A DNA stretch of 64,000 nt from Candidatus Amesbacteria bacterium RIFOXYB1_FULL_44_23. GTDB taxonomy: Bacteria; Patescibacteriota; Microgenomatia; CAZETR01; Amesbacteraceae. The DNA is taken from positions 7,266 to 71,265 of the forward strand of contig MEXR01000032.1 of the NCBI GenBank assembly GCA_001773775.1, read 5' to 3'. A program made the position numbers and the translations under genes. Of the stretch, positions 18,567 to 26,537 are shown piece after piece. Position 1 is the first letter of the stretch. Each line of letters begins with the position of its first letter. The notes below the pieces were generated by a model. The model did not search any database, had not been told where the DNA came from, and worked only from the letters and a program-made list of their open reading frames with translations.

Positions 18567-19993
18567 AAGATTTTATTAAAAAGAATTTACCCAAAAAGAG
18601 TCAAAGCTTGTCTGAATGGTATAACCGGGTGGTAATGCTGGCTGAACTGGCTGATTATGGACCCGCCAGAGGGACTATGATTTTTCGGCCTTACGGATAT
18701 GCGATTTGGGAAACGGTGCAGAAATACATGGATGAGAAAATCAAGGCCAGCGGGGTGGAGAATGCATATTTTCCGCTTTTTATCCCCGAGTCTTTATTGG
18801 CTAAAGAGAAAGATCATATCAAGGGGTTTGCTCCTGAGTTGGCGGTAGTAACGATCGGAGGCGGAGAAGAATTGAAGGAGAGGCTGGTAGTAAGACCGAC
18901 CAGTGAAACGATAATGTACCAGGCGTATGCCAATTGGATAAAGTCATGGCGGGACTTGCCGGTTTTGGTTAACCAATGGAATAACGTAGTCCGCTGGGAA
19001 AAACGTACTTATCTGTTTCTTCGGACTCTGGAATTTCTGTGGCAGGAAGGACATTGTGCTCATGCGACCTGGGAAGAGTCGTGGGAGAGGGTGCTGTGGG
19101 GAATTAAATTGTACGAGCAAACATATCGTGAAATATTTGCATTGCCAACGGTGGTGGGAAGGAAATCGGAATCTGAGAAGTTTGCCGGGGGTGTGGCGAC
19201 TTTGACTTGTGAAGTTTTGATGCCGGAAGGCAAGGCTTTGCAGGGTTGCACATCGCATGATTTGGGGCAAAATTTTTCCAGAGCACAGAACATCAAGTTT
19301 CAGGATAAAGACAGAAGTGCCAAATATGTCTGGCAAAACAGCTGGGGTTTTACCACCAGATCTATAGGAGGAATGCTAATGGCACATGGGGATGATGCGG
19401 GAGCGGTACTGCCCCCAAGAGCTGCTCCTGTTCAAGTAGTAATCATATTGGCAAAAAGCGAAACCGACGTAACGGAGTATGCCAAAAAAGTTGAGTTGGA
19501 GTTGGTTCAACTGGGTTTAAGAGTGAAATTGGACGATCGGGAAGAGGAGTCAATGGGGTACAAAATCAATAAATGGGAACTGAGAGGGGTGCCCTTACGG
19601 ATTGAAATTGGCATTAAAGAGGTGAGGAGTCAGAATTTGACGATTGTTAGAAGGGACAACCAGACCAGACTTCTGATTTCAAATAACAACTTGGGAACAG
19701 TCAAGACGTTGCTGGACACTATTCAGTCTGATATGTTGGCTAGGCAGGAAAGATTTCTAGCTGAGAATACTTTTGAGGCTATTACGTATAATAGATTTAG
19801 CGAAATAATGAAAACAACGAAAGGTTTTATTAAGGCGTTTTGGTGCGAGCGAGCGGAATGCGAAATGACAATTAAAGAAGAGACCAAAGCTTCGACTAGA
19901 TGCCTTCCTTTGGATGCGCCGAAAGAAAACGGAGTCTGTGTTAAATGCGGTGAACCGGCAATTCACCGCTGGTTATTTGCTCAGGCCTATTGA
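18563..19993 (+). CDS. proS: Proline--tRNA ligase (archaeal/eukaryote-like type)
   Basis: RPYGYAIWE, VRPTSET, FLRTLEFLWQEGH, C-terminal Zn domain ending FAQAY. Confidence 0.97.
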   Translation: MKDFIKKNLPKKSQSLSEWYNRVVMLAELADYGPARGTMIFRPYGYAIWETVQKYMDEKIKASGVENAYFPLFIPESLLAKEKDHIKGFAPELAVVTIGGGEELKERLVVRPTSETIMYQAYANWIKSWRDLPVLVNQWNNVVRWEKRTYLFLRTLEFLWQEGHCAHATWEESWERVLWGIKLYEQTYREIFALPTVVGRKSESEKFAGGVATLTCEVLMPEGKALQGCTSHDLGQNFSRAQNIKFQDKDRSAKYVWQNSWGFTTRSIGGMLMAHGDDAGAVLPPRAAPVQVVIILAKSETDVTEYAKKVELELVQLGLRVKLDDREEESMGYKINKWELRGVPLRIEIGIKEVRSQNLTIVRRDNQTRLLISNNNLGTVKTLLDTIQSDMLARQERFLAENTFEAITYNRFSEIMKTTKGFIKAFWCERAECEMTIKEETKASTRCLPLDAPKENGVCVKCGEPAIHRWLFAQAY

Positions 19994-20007
19994 GGAGGTG
20001 ATGATGC

Positions 20008-20343
20008 ATGGCAACTATTGATGATTTTAACGCACTAGATATCAGAGTGGGAAAAATTGTGGAAGTTGAGGATTTCCCCGAGGCAAGGAAACCTTCATAT
20101 AAGCTAACAATTGATTTTGGACCAGAAATCGGGATAAAGCACTCAAGCGCTCAATTGGTTAAGCACTACACAAAAGAAGAGCTAAAAAACAAGCTGGTGT
20201 TGGGTGTGGTCAATTTTCCCCCGCGCCAAATCGGTCCTTTTATATCCGAATCACTTACTCTGGGAGTTCCGGATGAAAACCATGATTGCATTCTAATTGC
20301 ACCCGATAAAGCCACGGCAGTGGTAGGAGGAAAACTATATTAG
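20008..20343 (+). CDS. csaA: CsaA/Trbp111-like tRNA-binding OB-fold protein
   Basis: LDIRVGKI, EARKPSYKLTIDFG, SSAQL, NFPPRQIG. Confidence 0.9.
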   Translation: MATIDDFNALDIRVGKIVEVEDFPEARKPSYKLTIDFGPEIGIKHSSAQLVKHYTKEELKNKLVLGVVNFPPRQIGPFISESLTLGVPDENHDCILIAPDKATAVVGGKLY

Positions 20344-20408
20344 GATTGATTCCAGAATTCGAATTTCGATCTAGCGTCGATACTATTAGACGAGTTCTGA
20401 TCAGGGTT

Positions 20409-20446
20409 TGGGTGGGTATGGGCGGAAATCCGTTCGAACCTGTTTA
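20409..20446 (+). repeat. Array repeat R1
   Basis: tgggtgggtatgggcggaaatccGTTCGAACCtgttta. Confidence 0.55.
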
Positions 20447-20555
20447 GCCATTAAGTTATTATTGGGTTATGTTCAAAATCGTGGCCTGCCCGGTTGATAA
20501 AAGAGAAGTGGGGGAGTTGGCTCGTGAGATCGGGGGCTTTTATATTTGAAAATGT

Positions 20556-20786
20556 ATGACTAAACGACAGGTTTGGCAAACGATAGCCTTGGATTTGAAG
20601 AGAGCGGCTAATTATTTGCATGCTAAGAGATACCGGCAGGCAGAATTTTATTTAGATGAGGCCAAACAACTGTACAAGACCGCTTCTTTTGACGACAAGA
20701 TGCGCTCTGTTGAGAAGTTTATAAGCTTTAGCGGTGATCCGGAAGGGATTTTGTTGGGGAGCAGTATTATTTCAGGGAGACTGTAA
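20556..20786 (+). CDS. Hypothetical protein (cassette 1)
   Basis: Helical 76-aa ORF, IALDLKRAANY. Confidence 0.65.
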   Translation: MTKRQVWQTIALDLKRAANYLHAKRYRQAEFYLDEAKQLYKTASFDDKMRSVEKFISFSGDPEGILLGSSIISGRL

Positions 20787-20790
20787 AACC

Positions 20791-20824
20791 CGGCTGGCCT
20801 GATGGAAAGTATTCTAGCCTGTTC
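20791..20824 (+). repeat. Array repeat R2 (degenerate)
   Basis: cggctggcctGATGGAAagtattctagcctgttc. Confidence 0.45.
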
Positions 20825-20875
20825 CTCTCAAATTTAGTATTTACTATCTTTGTAAAATATGTTAGAAGTTCTTAA

Positions 20876-21109
20876 ATGTCAGATGAACGTTTAGGTCCGG
20901 CAGAAACAAGGGTAGATATTAGAAGATATATCGAAGAACACCCCGAAGGTGTAAATATTTCTCCAACTGTTCTTGCGGCCATTGCTAGGCAGAGAAAATG
21001 GTCGGATCTTGTAGATCCTGTAAGAAGAATAACTTCAGGTCTAAAAACTTTAGGAGTTGTACGTATAGAGGGTTTAATTGCTAAACCCGTTCCTCGAAGG
21101 AAGCATTAA
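20876..21109 (+). CDS. Hypothetical protein, possibly winged helix (cassette 2)
   Basis: IRRYIEEHPEG...VRRITSGLKTLGVV. Confidence 0.55.
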   Translation: MSDERLGPAETRVDIRRYIEEHPEGVNISPTVLAAIARQRKWSDLVDPVRRITSGLKTLGVVRIEGLIAKPVPRRKH

Positions 21110-21115
21110 AATTTG

Positions 21116-21150
21116 TTCAGAGGGCTTTGATGGAAGACGTCTGCGGTAAA
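21116..21150 (+). repeat. Array repeat R3 (3' part diverged)
   Basis: ttcagagggctttGATGGAAGACgtctgcgg. Confidence 0.5.
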
Positions 21151-21264
21151 CCACTACCCCCTTTGATACAGAACGAAGCTGTTACGCACAAAATTTAACA
21201 TAACAGACTAGATAGAATGGCCTCACGCGGTTATAATCTCACTTAGTAAAACAACTAAATAGCC

Positions 21265-22074
21265 ATGAATATGCCTGATTTCGATGAGTCTCGAGTTATA
21301 TTTGAAAAGAGATGGCAGGAGTATGTTAATAATTTTCTTGCCTCACCATCTAATTCCAAGGTATTTAAAGCGTACGAGTCCGGGGGAATCTTATCTCCTG
21401 AAAATAGGAATGTGGTAGAGCATCAAATCATGGCAAGATTCGTAGTTGAGGTGTTGTGTGATTTGTGTGGTGTAGACGGAAATGAAAAGGAAGACGGCTT
21501 AACAGCAGCAAGTCTGCACGATTTCAATGTGCTCGAAGAAAAATTCGGCAGAAGAAACGGGAAATATAAACATTACCGGGATATAGAATCGCTGAAAGAA
21601 AAAGATCGTAATACACTCAGAGAGTTGGGGTTTTCAGAGGAAGCAATTAGTCTGACGGATGCTAACATAACGCACGAAGAGGGGGGTCCAAAATCACTAA
21701 CCGCGATGTTTTTGTTCTTGGCTGACGCCTGCATCTCCGGAACAAAAATCGTAGATATCAGAAAAAGATTTGCGGATACAAGGATGGGGTGGCGCAGCGA
21801 CAAGAAGCGAATAGATGATAAAACAGCGCAGGAGAATGCATATTATTATGATCATTTTTGGAAAGGGGCTCCGGGGCACGGAGACAGGCCGCATGATGAA
21901 GTACAACTGGAAACTGCCGCAAGAATATGTAGTGATTTGGTAGGAATATTAAGAGAGAAGCAGGCAGATACTAAAAATCCCAAATACGCACGCATATTTG
22001 GCCCAAATGGAGATTCAAACCTACTTCCAGAGTATATACGGGATAAAGTGAACGAAAAAGTTGCAAACGTCTAA
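21265..22074 (+). CDS. HD-superfamily phosphohydrolase (cassette 3)
   Basis: VVEH...AASLHDF...FLADA. Confidence 0.7.
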   Translation: MNMPDFDESRVIFEKRWQEYVNNFLASPSNSKVFKAYESGGILSPENRNVVEHQIMARFVVEVLCDLCGVDGNEKEDGLTAASLHDFNVLEEKFGRRNGKYKHYRDIESLKEKDRNTLRELGFSEEAISLTDANITHEEGGPKSLTAMFLFLADACISGTKIVDIRKRFADTRMGWRSDKKRIDDKTAQENAYYYDHFWKGAPGHGDRPHDEVQLETAARICSDLVGILREKQADTKNPKYARIFGPNGDSNLLPEYIRDKVNEKVANV

Positions 22075-22114
22075 GGGGAGATTTGTAATATTCATTGGGA
22101 TTAGTTCTCGATAT

Positions 22115-22150
22115 TTGCAGGGACTGGCGGACTGTCTGGGAACCTGGTTT
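22115..22150 (+). repeat. Array repeat R4
   Basis: ttGCAGGGACtGGcGGActgtctggGAACCTggttt; 13/15 nt identical to the tRNA-Trp 3'-end strand at 28769-28783. Confidence 0.7.
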
Positions 22151-22167
22151 TGGGTATAATCAGTCTT

Positions 22168-23220
22168 ATGGATGAAATTAAAGTAGCTTCACTAGAAGAT
22201 TTGGGTTGGGGTGGGTATTTTAAAAATGAACACTCTATAGCCAGAGTGGTTGCCGAATATAGAGAAGCGTATAGGGTCAGAAGCATAAATGGAGAATTTT
22301 TAGCAAAAATTACCGGTAAACAACTGTTTTTGGCGACCAAACGGGAAGATTATCCGGCGGTAGGTGATTTCGTGGTGATAGATGAAATGTCCGGGAAAAA
22401 AGCAGTAATTCGTGAGGTGTTGCCCAGAAAGACCTGGCTTAAGAAGAAGTACAGCGATAAAGAAGAAAACCAGCTGATAGCAACTAACATAGACGCGGCA
22501 TTTATAGTGGGATCTCCGGATAAGGATTACAGTTTGAATCGTTTTGAGAGATATTTAGTTATTGCTAAGGACGGGGGAATTAAGCCGGTCTTAATTATTA
22601 ACAAAACCGACTTACTTTCTGAGGCGGAATTGCGCGCCAAAATATCGGAGATTAAGGAAAGATTTGGGGAGGTTGATATTCTTCTGACTAGTACAGTGAC
22701 TGAGCTGGGATTAGGAGAGCTGGAAAAGTATATTCTAAGGGGTAAGACATATTGCTTTTTGGGTTCTTCCGGAGTAGGCAAATCGACACTTATAAATAAA
22801 TTACTGGGTAAAAATGAAATTAAAACGATGGAAATTAGTGAAACATCCGGCAGGGGAAAACACACCACCTCAACCAGGGAGATGTATTTTTTAAAAAACG
22901 GGGGAATAGTCATTGATAACCCAGGAACCAGGGAGGTGGGTACGGGAGATTCAGTTAGGGGTATGGAAAATGTGTTTGATGAAATAAGATTACTGTCTCA
23001 AAACTGCAGATTTTCTGATTGCACGCATACAAACGAACCTAATTGTGCGATTATCACAGCCGTGGAGTCTGGAAGTTTGGATAAAGATAAATATGCGAAT
23101 TTTCTAAAGTTACGAAAAGAATCGGAATTTTATAAAATGAGTGAGCTGGATAGAAGAGCTAAAGATCGGAAGTTTGGAAAATTTGTTAAGAAGGCAAAAA
23201 ATGAGCTTGAGATGTATTGA
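22168..23220 (+). CDS. rsgA: Ribosome small subunit-dependent GTPase A (cassette 4)
   Basis: PAVGDFV, NKTD, GSSGVGKSTL, GKHTT, DNPG, CRFSDCTHTNEPNC. Confidence 0.95.
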   Translation: MDEIKVASLEDLGWGGYFKNEHSIARVVAEYREAYRVRSINGEFLAKITGKQLFLATKREDYPAVGDFVVIDEMSGKKAVIREVLPRKTWLKKKYSDKEENQLIATNIDAAFIVGSPDKDYSLNRFERYLVIAKDGGIKPVLIINKTDLLSEAELRAKISEIKERFGEVDILLTSTVTELGLGELEKYILRGKTYCFLGSSGVGKSTLINKLLGKNEIKTMEISETSGRGKHTTSTREMYFLKNGGIVIDNPGTREVGTGDSVRGMENVFDEIRLLSQNCRFSDCTHTNEPNCAIITAVESGSLDKDKYANFLKLRKESEFYKMSELDRRAKDRKFGKFVKKAKNELEMY

Positions 23221-23240
23221 ATTTTTTACTTAAAGCTATT

Positions 23241-23300
23241 TTGCAGGTTTGGACGCCATAGCCCTGAGCGGAGTCGAAGGGGAAGATACTCGAATTTTGT
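23241..23300 (+). repeat. Array repeat R5 interrupted by a REP-like element
   Basis: ttgcagg...[gccctgagcggagtcgaaggg]GAAGAtactCGAAttt. Confidence 0.5.
23261..23281. repeat. REP-like short hairpin GCCCTGAGCGGAGTCGAAGGG
   Basis: Resembles, from memory, the widespread CCCTTCGACTxCGCTCAGGG extragenic repeat. Confidence 0.5.
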
Positions 23301-23936
23301 ATGGGCAACTTGCCTCTTTTGGAACTAAGCAATAAAATCCGGCAAATGGCTCGTGAACGCGGGTTTGAATGTCTGTTTAGCAGTAATCCAAAGGTTTATT
23401 TTATCGAGCAAGTTATTGAACAGCTCGATGTACTCGAGGCTCTCTTTTTGTGGGAACAGGGATTGGAACATATCTCTGGCTTAGTGACTGGATGTTTCGA
23501 TATACTACACCCTGATCAAGTTGAGTTTTTACAAGCAGGAAAAAGAAAGGTTCAGACGTTAATTGTGGGGGTTGATAGGGATGAAACGGTGAGACTAAAA
23601 GGTCCAGGAAGACCAATTTTTAATCTTAGACAAAGGTGCGAAATGCTGGCGGCTCTTGATTGTGTAGACTTAGTTTTTCCAATTCCCTTTGCTTTGGGAA
23701 GGTATGAGGAGTCACCCGAAAACGCTACCTTGTTCGAAGCCTTAACTGATAGATTATTCAACTCTACTTTGCCGAGGCAAGGTATACATTGTCTAATAAC
23801 AAATGAAGCTGCAGATCCGTTTTGGCGGGAAAAGAAAGAGCGGGCTGAAAAACTGGGAGTTGGCTATATTGGTTTGAATATGGAGAGATCTACTAGCTCG
23901 AGTCAGGTGGCAACTAAAATTCAAACAGGGGGTTAG
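23301..23936 (+). CDS. Cytidylyltransferase-family (RfaE domain II-like) protein with altered HxGH motif (cassette 5)
   Basis: GCFDILHPDQ, LIVGVDRD, KGPGRPI, R.EMLAALDCVD, C-terminal STSS. Confidence 0.8.
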   Translation: MGNLPLLELSNKIRQMARERGFECLFSSNPKVYFIEQVIEQLDVLEALFLWEQGLEHISGLVTGCFDILHPDQVEFLQAGKRKVQTLIVGVDRDETVRLKGPGRPIFNLRQRCEMLAALDCVDLVFPIPFALGRYEESPENATLFEALTDRLFNSTLPRQGIHCLITNEAADPFWREKKERAEKLGVGYIGLNMERSTSSSQVATKIQTGG

Positions 23937-23949
23937 GCATTCTTTATGG

Positions 23950-23983
23950 TTGCAGCCCTGGATGGAAGACATCCGAACCTATT
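23950..23983 (+). repeat. Array repeat R6
   Basis: ttgcaGCCCTGGATGGAAGACATcCGAACctatt. Confidence 0.75.
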
Positions 23984-24008
23984 ACTCTCAAAACCGATAA
24001 TAGAGTAT

Positions 24009-24698
24009 CTATTTTAATATTTCTCTTACAGTAGCCTGGACAAGGATTTCCATTGTATCGATAATTTCAGAGTTCTGTATATGGGGGGTGATTAATTGTA
24101 AATCTGTGCACGCAAGCAGAATTGTTTTTGGACCCTGGTCTAGTAGTCCTTTGGTTATTTTTAACAATTTTTCCCTGTCTTCACCATCCTGTCTACTGTG
24201 AACCAGGTGGTTGATGATTTCGCCCATTTGGTTCTGATCCTCCTCAACTGGACTTTTTACTTTTATACCATTTGAGGTAAGAACCTCTTCATATAACCTT
24301 TTTCTGATGGTGGAGGAGGTGGCTAAAAGACCAACTTCGGTGACTTTGTTACTATTGAGGCGACTTAATGTTTCATCCACTATGCTCAAAACAGGGACTT
24401 TCACTGATTCTCGGATTTGGTTAATAAAAATATGAACTGAGTTACATGGGATGACGATAAAATCTGCTCCGCCCTTCTCCAGTCTTTTAGCGGCATCTAA
24501 CAGATAAGGCAGATATTTTTCTTCTCCCTGAGAATTCTTGATGAATTCCTCTTCTATCTGATAGGGGAGGGGGACGTTCCAAATCAGCATTGGCGGACGG
24601 TTTATCCGATCCTTTTCAAAACAGGAGAAAATTACCTCCAGATAAAATTTGGAAGTTGTTTCCGGACCCAGTCCGCCAATTATGCCTGCAGTTTTCAT
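24009..24698 (-). CDS. Aspartate/glutamate racemase-family protein (cassette 6, inverted)
   Basis: GIIGGLGPETT, IPCNSVH, LACTDL (two catalytic Cys). Confidence 0.92.
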   Translation of the reverse strand: MKTAGIIGGLGPETTSKFYLEVIFSCFEKDRINRPPMLIWNVPLPYQIEEEFIKNSQGEEKYLPYLLDAAKRLEKGGADFIVIPCNSVHIFINQIRESVKVPVLSIVDETLSRLNSNKVTEVGLLATSSTIRKRLYEEVLTSNGIKVKSPVEEDQNQMGEIINHLVHSRQDGEDREKLLKITKGLLDQGPKTILLACTDLQLITPHIQNSEIIDTMEILVQATVREILK

Positions 24699-24780
24699 TC
24701 TCGGACTTAATTATATAGCAGGTTCGATTCCAATTAGCCGTTGATATAGTTTGATATGTTTTTTAGCTTCAAATTGAGTT

Positions 24781-24813
24781 AGCTGCCCTGGATGGAAGAC
24801 ATTCGAACTTTTT
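24781..24813 (+). repeat. Array repeat R7
   Basis: agctGCCCTGGATGGAAGACATtCGAACttttt; 18 nt identical to R6. Confidence 0.75.
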
Positions 24814-24864
24814 ACGTTCAGTTATCTTGTTAGTTGGAATAAACAGACTTATACTTTTTCCGTA

Positions 24865-25230
24865 ATGATAATAAATCGTAATAATTCGCGTTTTTGGGAG
24901 GCTTTGGAAGATATATTGAATAATTCTTCAGTAGTAATAGACCGGCCAGGGGGCAGTGCTCATCCAAGATTTCCGAAGTTTATTTATCCTCTGGATTATG
25001 GTTTCCTCGAAGGGACTTCTTCTATGGATGGTGGGGGAATTGACGTGTGGAAGGGGACCGGTACTAACGGTTTTGATGCGATACTTTGTGTTGTTGACAC
25101 AATCAAAAAAGATTCAGAAATAAAAATATTACTTAACTGCACCCCAGAAGAAAAAAGAAAGGTGCTGGAGTGTCAGAATACAAAAAAGATGAAGGCTATG
25201 ATGATAAATCGCGACGGGACACTTTCGTGA
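24865..25230 (+). CDS. Short inorganic pyrophosphatase-like protein (cassette 7)
   Basis: IDRPGGSAHP...YPLDYGFLEGTSSMDGGGIDVW. Confidence 0.75.
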   Translation: MIINRNNSRFWEALEDILNNSSVVIDRPGGSAHPRFPKFIYPLDYGFLEGTSSMDGGGIDVWKGTGTNGFDAILCVVDTIKKDSEIKILLNCTPEEKRKVLECQNTKKMKAMMINRDGTLS

Positions 25231-25284
25231 AAAGCTAGACGTCGTCTGGTGAAGCTAAACGAAAGATTGTTACAAAGCTCTGTT

Positions 25285-25322
25285 GTGGCAGGACTAGTGG
25301 ACTATGTTGGAACCTGGTTTAG
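25285..25322 (+). repeat. Array repeat R8
   Basis: gtggcaggactagtggactatgtTGGAACCTGGTTTAG. Confidence 0.7.
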
Positions 25323-25449
25323 GGAAAATAGGTTTGGTTTTGCTGTGTAAATGGTGGGGGGCGGGTAAACCCGTTAGCTTTATTGTCGTAAAATTACTGA
25401 GGTATTGGAAAGACAGCCTTTTTGGGTTAATATCGCCCCAGGAACGAGT

Positions 25450-25986
25450 ATGAGTGACGATATTAAATGGGTGGTAGATAATGCAGTGAAGTTATCTATT
25501 TTGGCGATAGCCTTATCAGTGGCATATTACTTTGTATTTTTTTTGCCAAATAAACAGAACCAGGAATTGGAATTAAAAAGGCAACAGTATCAGGACCAGA
25601 TAGTTGCCCAGCAAAAGGAAGACGAACGGGAACAACAAAAGATTTTAGATGTACAGAAACAGGCTGCAGAGAATAGGTCATTATTGGATAAGTGTTTGGA
25701 AAACGCTGAAGATTCGTATCACCTGAATTGGAGAAATAGTTGTAGGACAAGAGGATTAATGCCAAGTGGGTGTGAGGAGGAGTCAATTAACCTGGAGTTT
25801 TCTGATTATCAGAAACAACATAATTTGCCAACTTCTACCATTGAGGGATGGGATGATTATTGGAAAGTTTACAGTGCAAAAAAGGATAAATGTACCTGCA
25901 GCTTGCCTACATATAATGCAGACGACATAACTGAGACTGAAAAAAACTCAAAGGACGAATGCTTTAAAAGATATCCACAGAATTAG
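25450..25986 (+). CDS. Membrane-anchored Cys-containing hypothetical protein (cassette 8)
   Basis: TM (SVAYYFVFFLP), coiled coil, six Cys. Confidence 0.75.
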   Translation: MSDDIKWVVDNAVKLSILAIALSVAYYFVFFLPNKQNQELELKRQQYQDQIVAQQKEDEREQQKILDVQKQAAENRSLLDKCLENAEDSYHLNWRNSCRTRGLMPSGCEEESINLEFSDYQKQHNLPTSTIEGWDDYWKVYSAKKDKCTCSLPTYNADDITETEKNSKDECFKRYPQN

Positions 25987-25996
25987 GGGTATATTA

Positions 25997-26027
25997 CGGT
26001 TGGTGTTGTCGCTGGAACCTGGTTTAG
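25997..26027 (+). repeat. Array repeat R9
   Basis: cggttggtgttgtcgcTGGAACCTGGTTTAG; 15 nt identical to R8. Confidence 0.6.
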
Positions 26028-26121
26028 CCTGAATTGGTGGAGAGAAAGGGGGATTAGCCTTTGCTGGGTGGTTTAGGAGGAGTGGATGTTTGTACTGCGC
26101 AGGACTAAGATTACCCAGGAC

Positions 26122-26436
26122 ATGGACGAGGAAAATAATGCTCTTTCTTATTTATTTTGGGGTGGGGTAATAGTCTTCATTATTTGGGCATTCATTTTTA
26201 ACAATAAGCCCGATACTGAATACATTAGGGAAGAATTCGACAATGGTAAGGCTATCGAAATGGAGGTTGACGACTCGATCACTAGAGACAATTGGGAGTG
26301 TACAGGTGATTGCTCTGGTCATGATGCTGGATATGAATGGGCAGAAGAGAAGGGGATAACTGATCCAAGTGACTGTGGTGGCAAATCAGAGTCTTTTATA
26401 GAGGGGTGTGAGGCTTATGCGAACGAAAATTATTAA
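26122..26436 (+). CDS. Membrane-anchored small Cys-rich protein (cassette 9)
   Basis: TM plus CTGDCSGHDAGYEWAEEKGI...CGGKSESFIEGC. Confidence 0.75.
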   Translation: MDEENNALSYLFWGGVIVFIIWAFIFNNKPDTEYIREEFDNGKAIEMEVDDSITRDNWECTGDCSGHDAGYEWAEEKGITDPSDCGGKSESFIEGCEAYANENY

Positions 26437-26448
26437 GGTAGGTGGGCA

Positions 26449-26483
26449 TTGATGGGGTGGGGGACTACGTGGGAACCTTTTTT
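26449..26483 (+). repeat. Array repeat R10
   Basis: ttgatggggtggGGGACtacgtggGAACCtttttt. Confidence 0.6.
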
Positions 26484-26537
26484 GTTTGTATTGATAGAAG
26501 GTATGGGGAAGTAAACCTTGTCAGGAATTTTTGTGCC

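Larger units (their letters stand above)
20409..26483 (+). mobile_element. Integron-like array of nine gene units delimited by ten degenerate tRNA-3'-end-like direct repeats
   Basis: One same-strand repeat copy in every intergenic spacer from csaA to 26.5 kb. Confidence 0.65.

Noticed and set aside
20409-26483. CRISPR array or classical integron attC array
   Set aside because: Repeats are degenerate and separated by whole genes; there is no RYYYAAC...GTTRRRY palindromic structure, and no cas or intI gene in the window.
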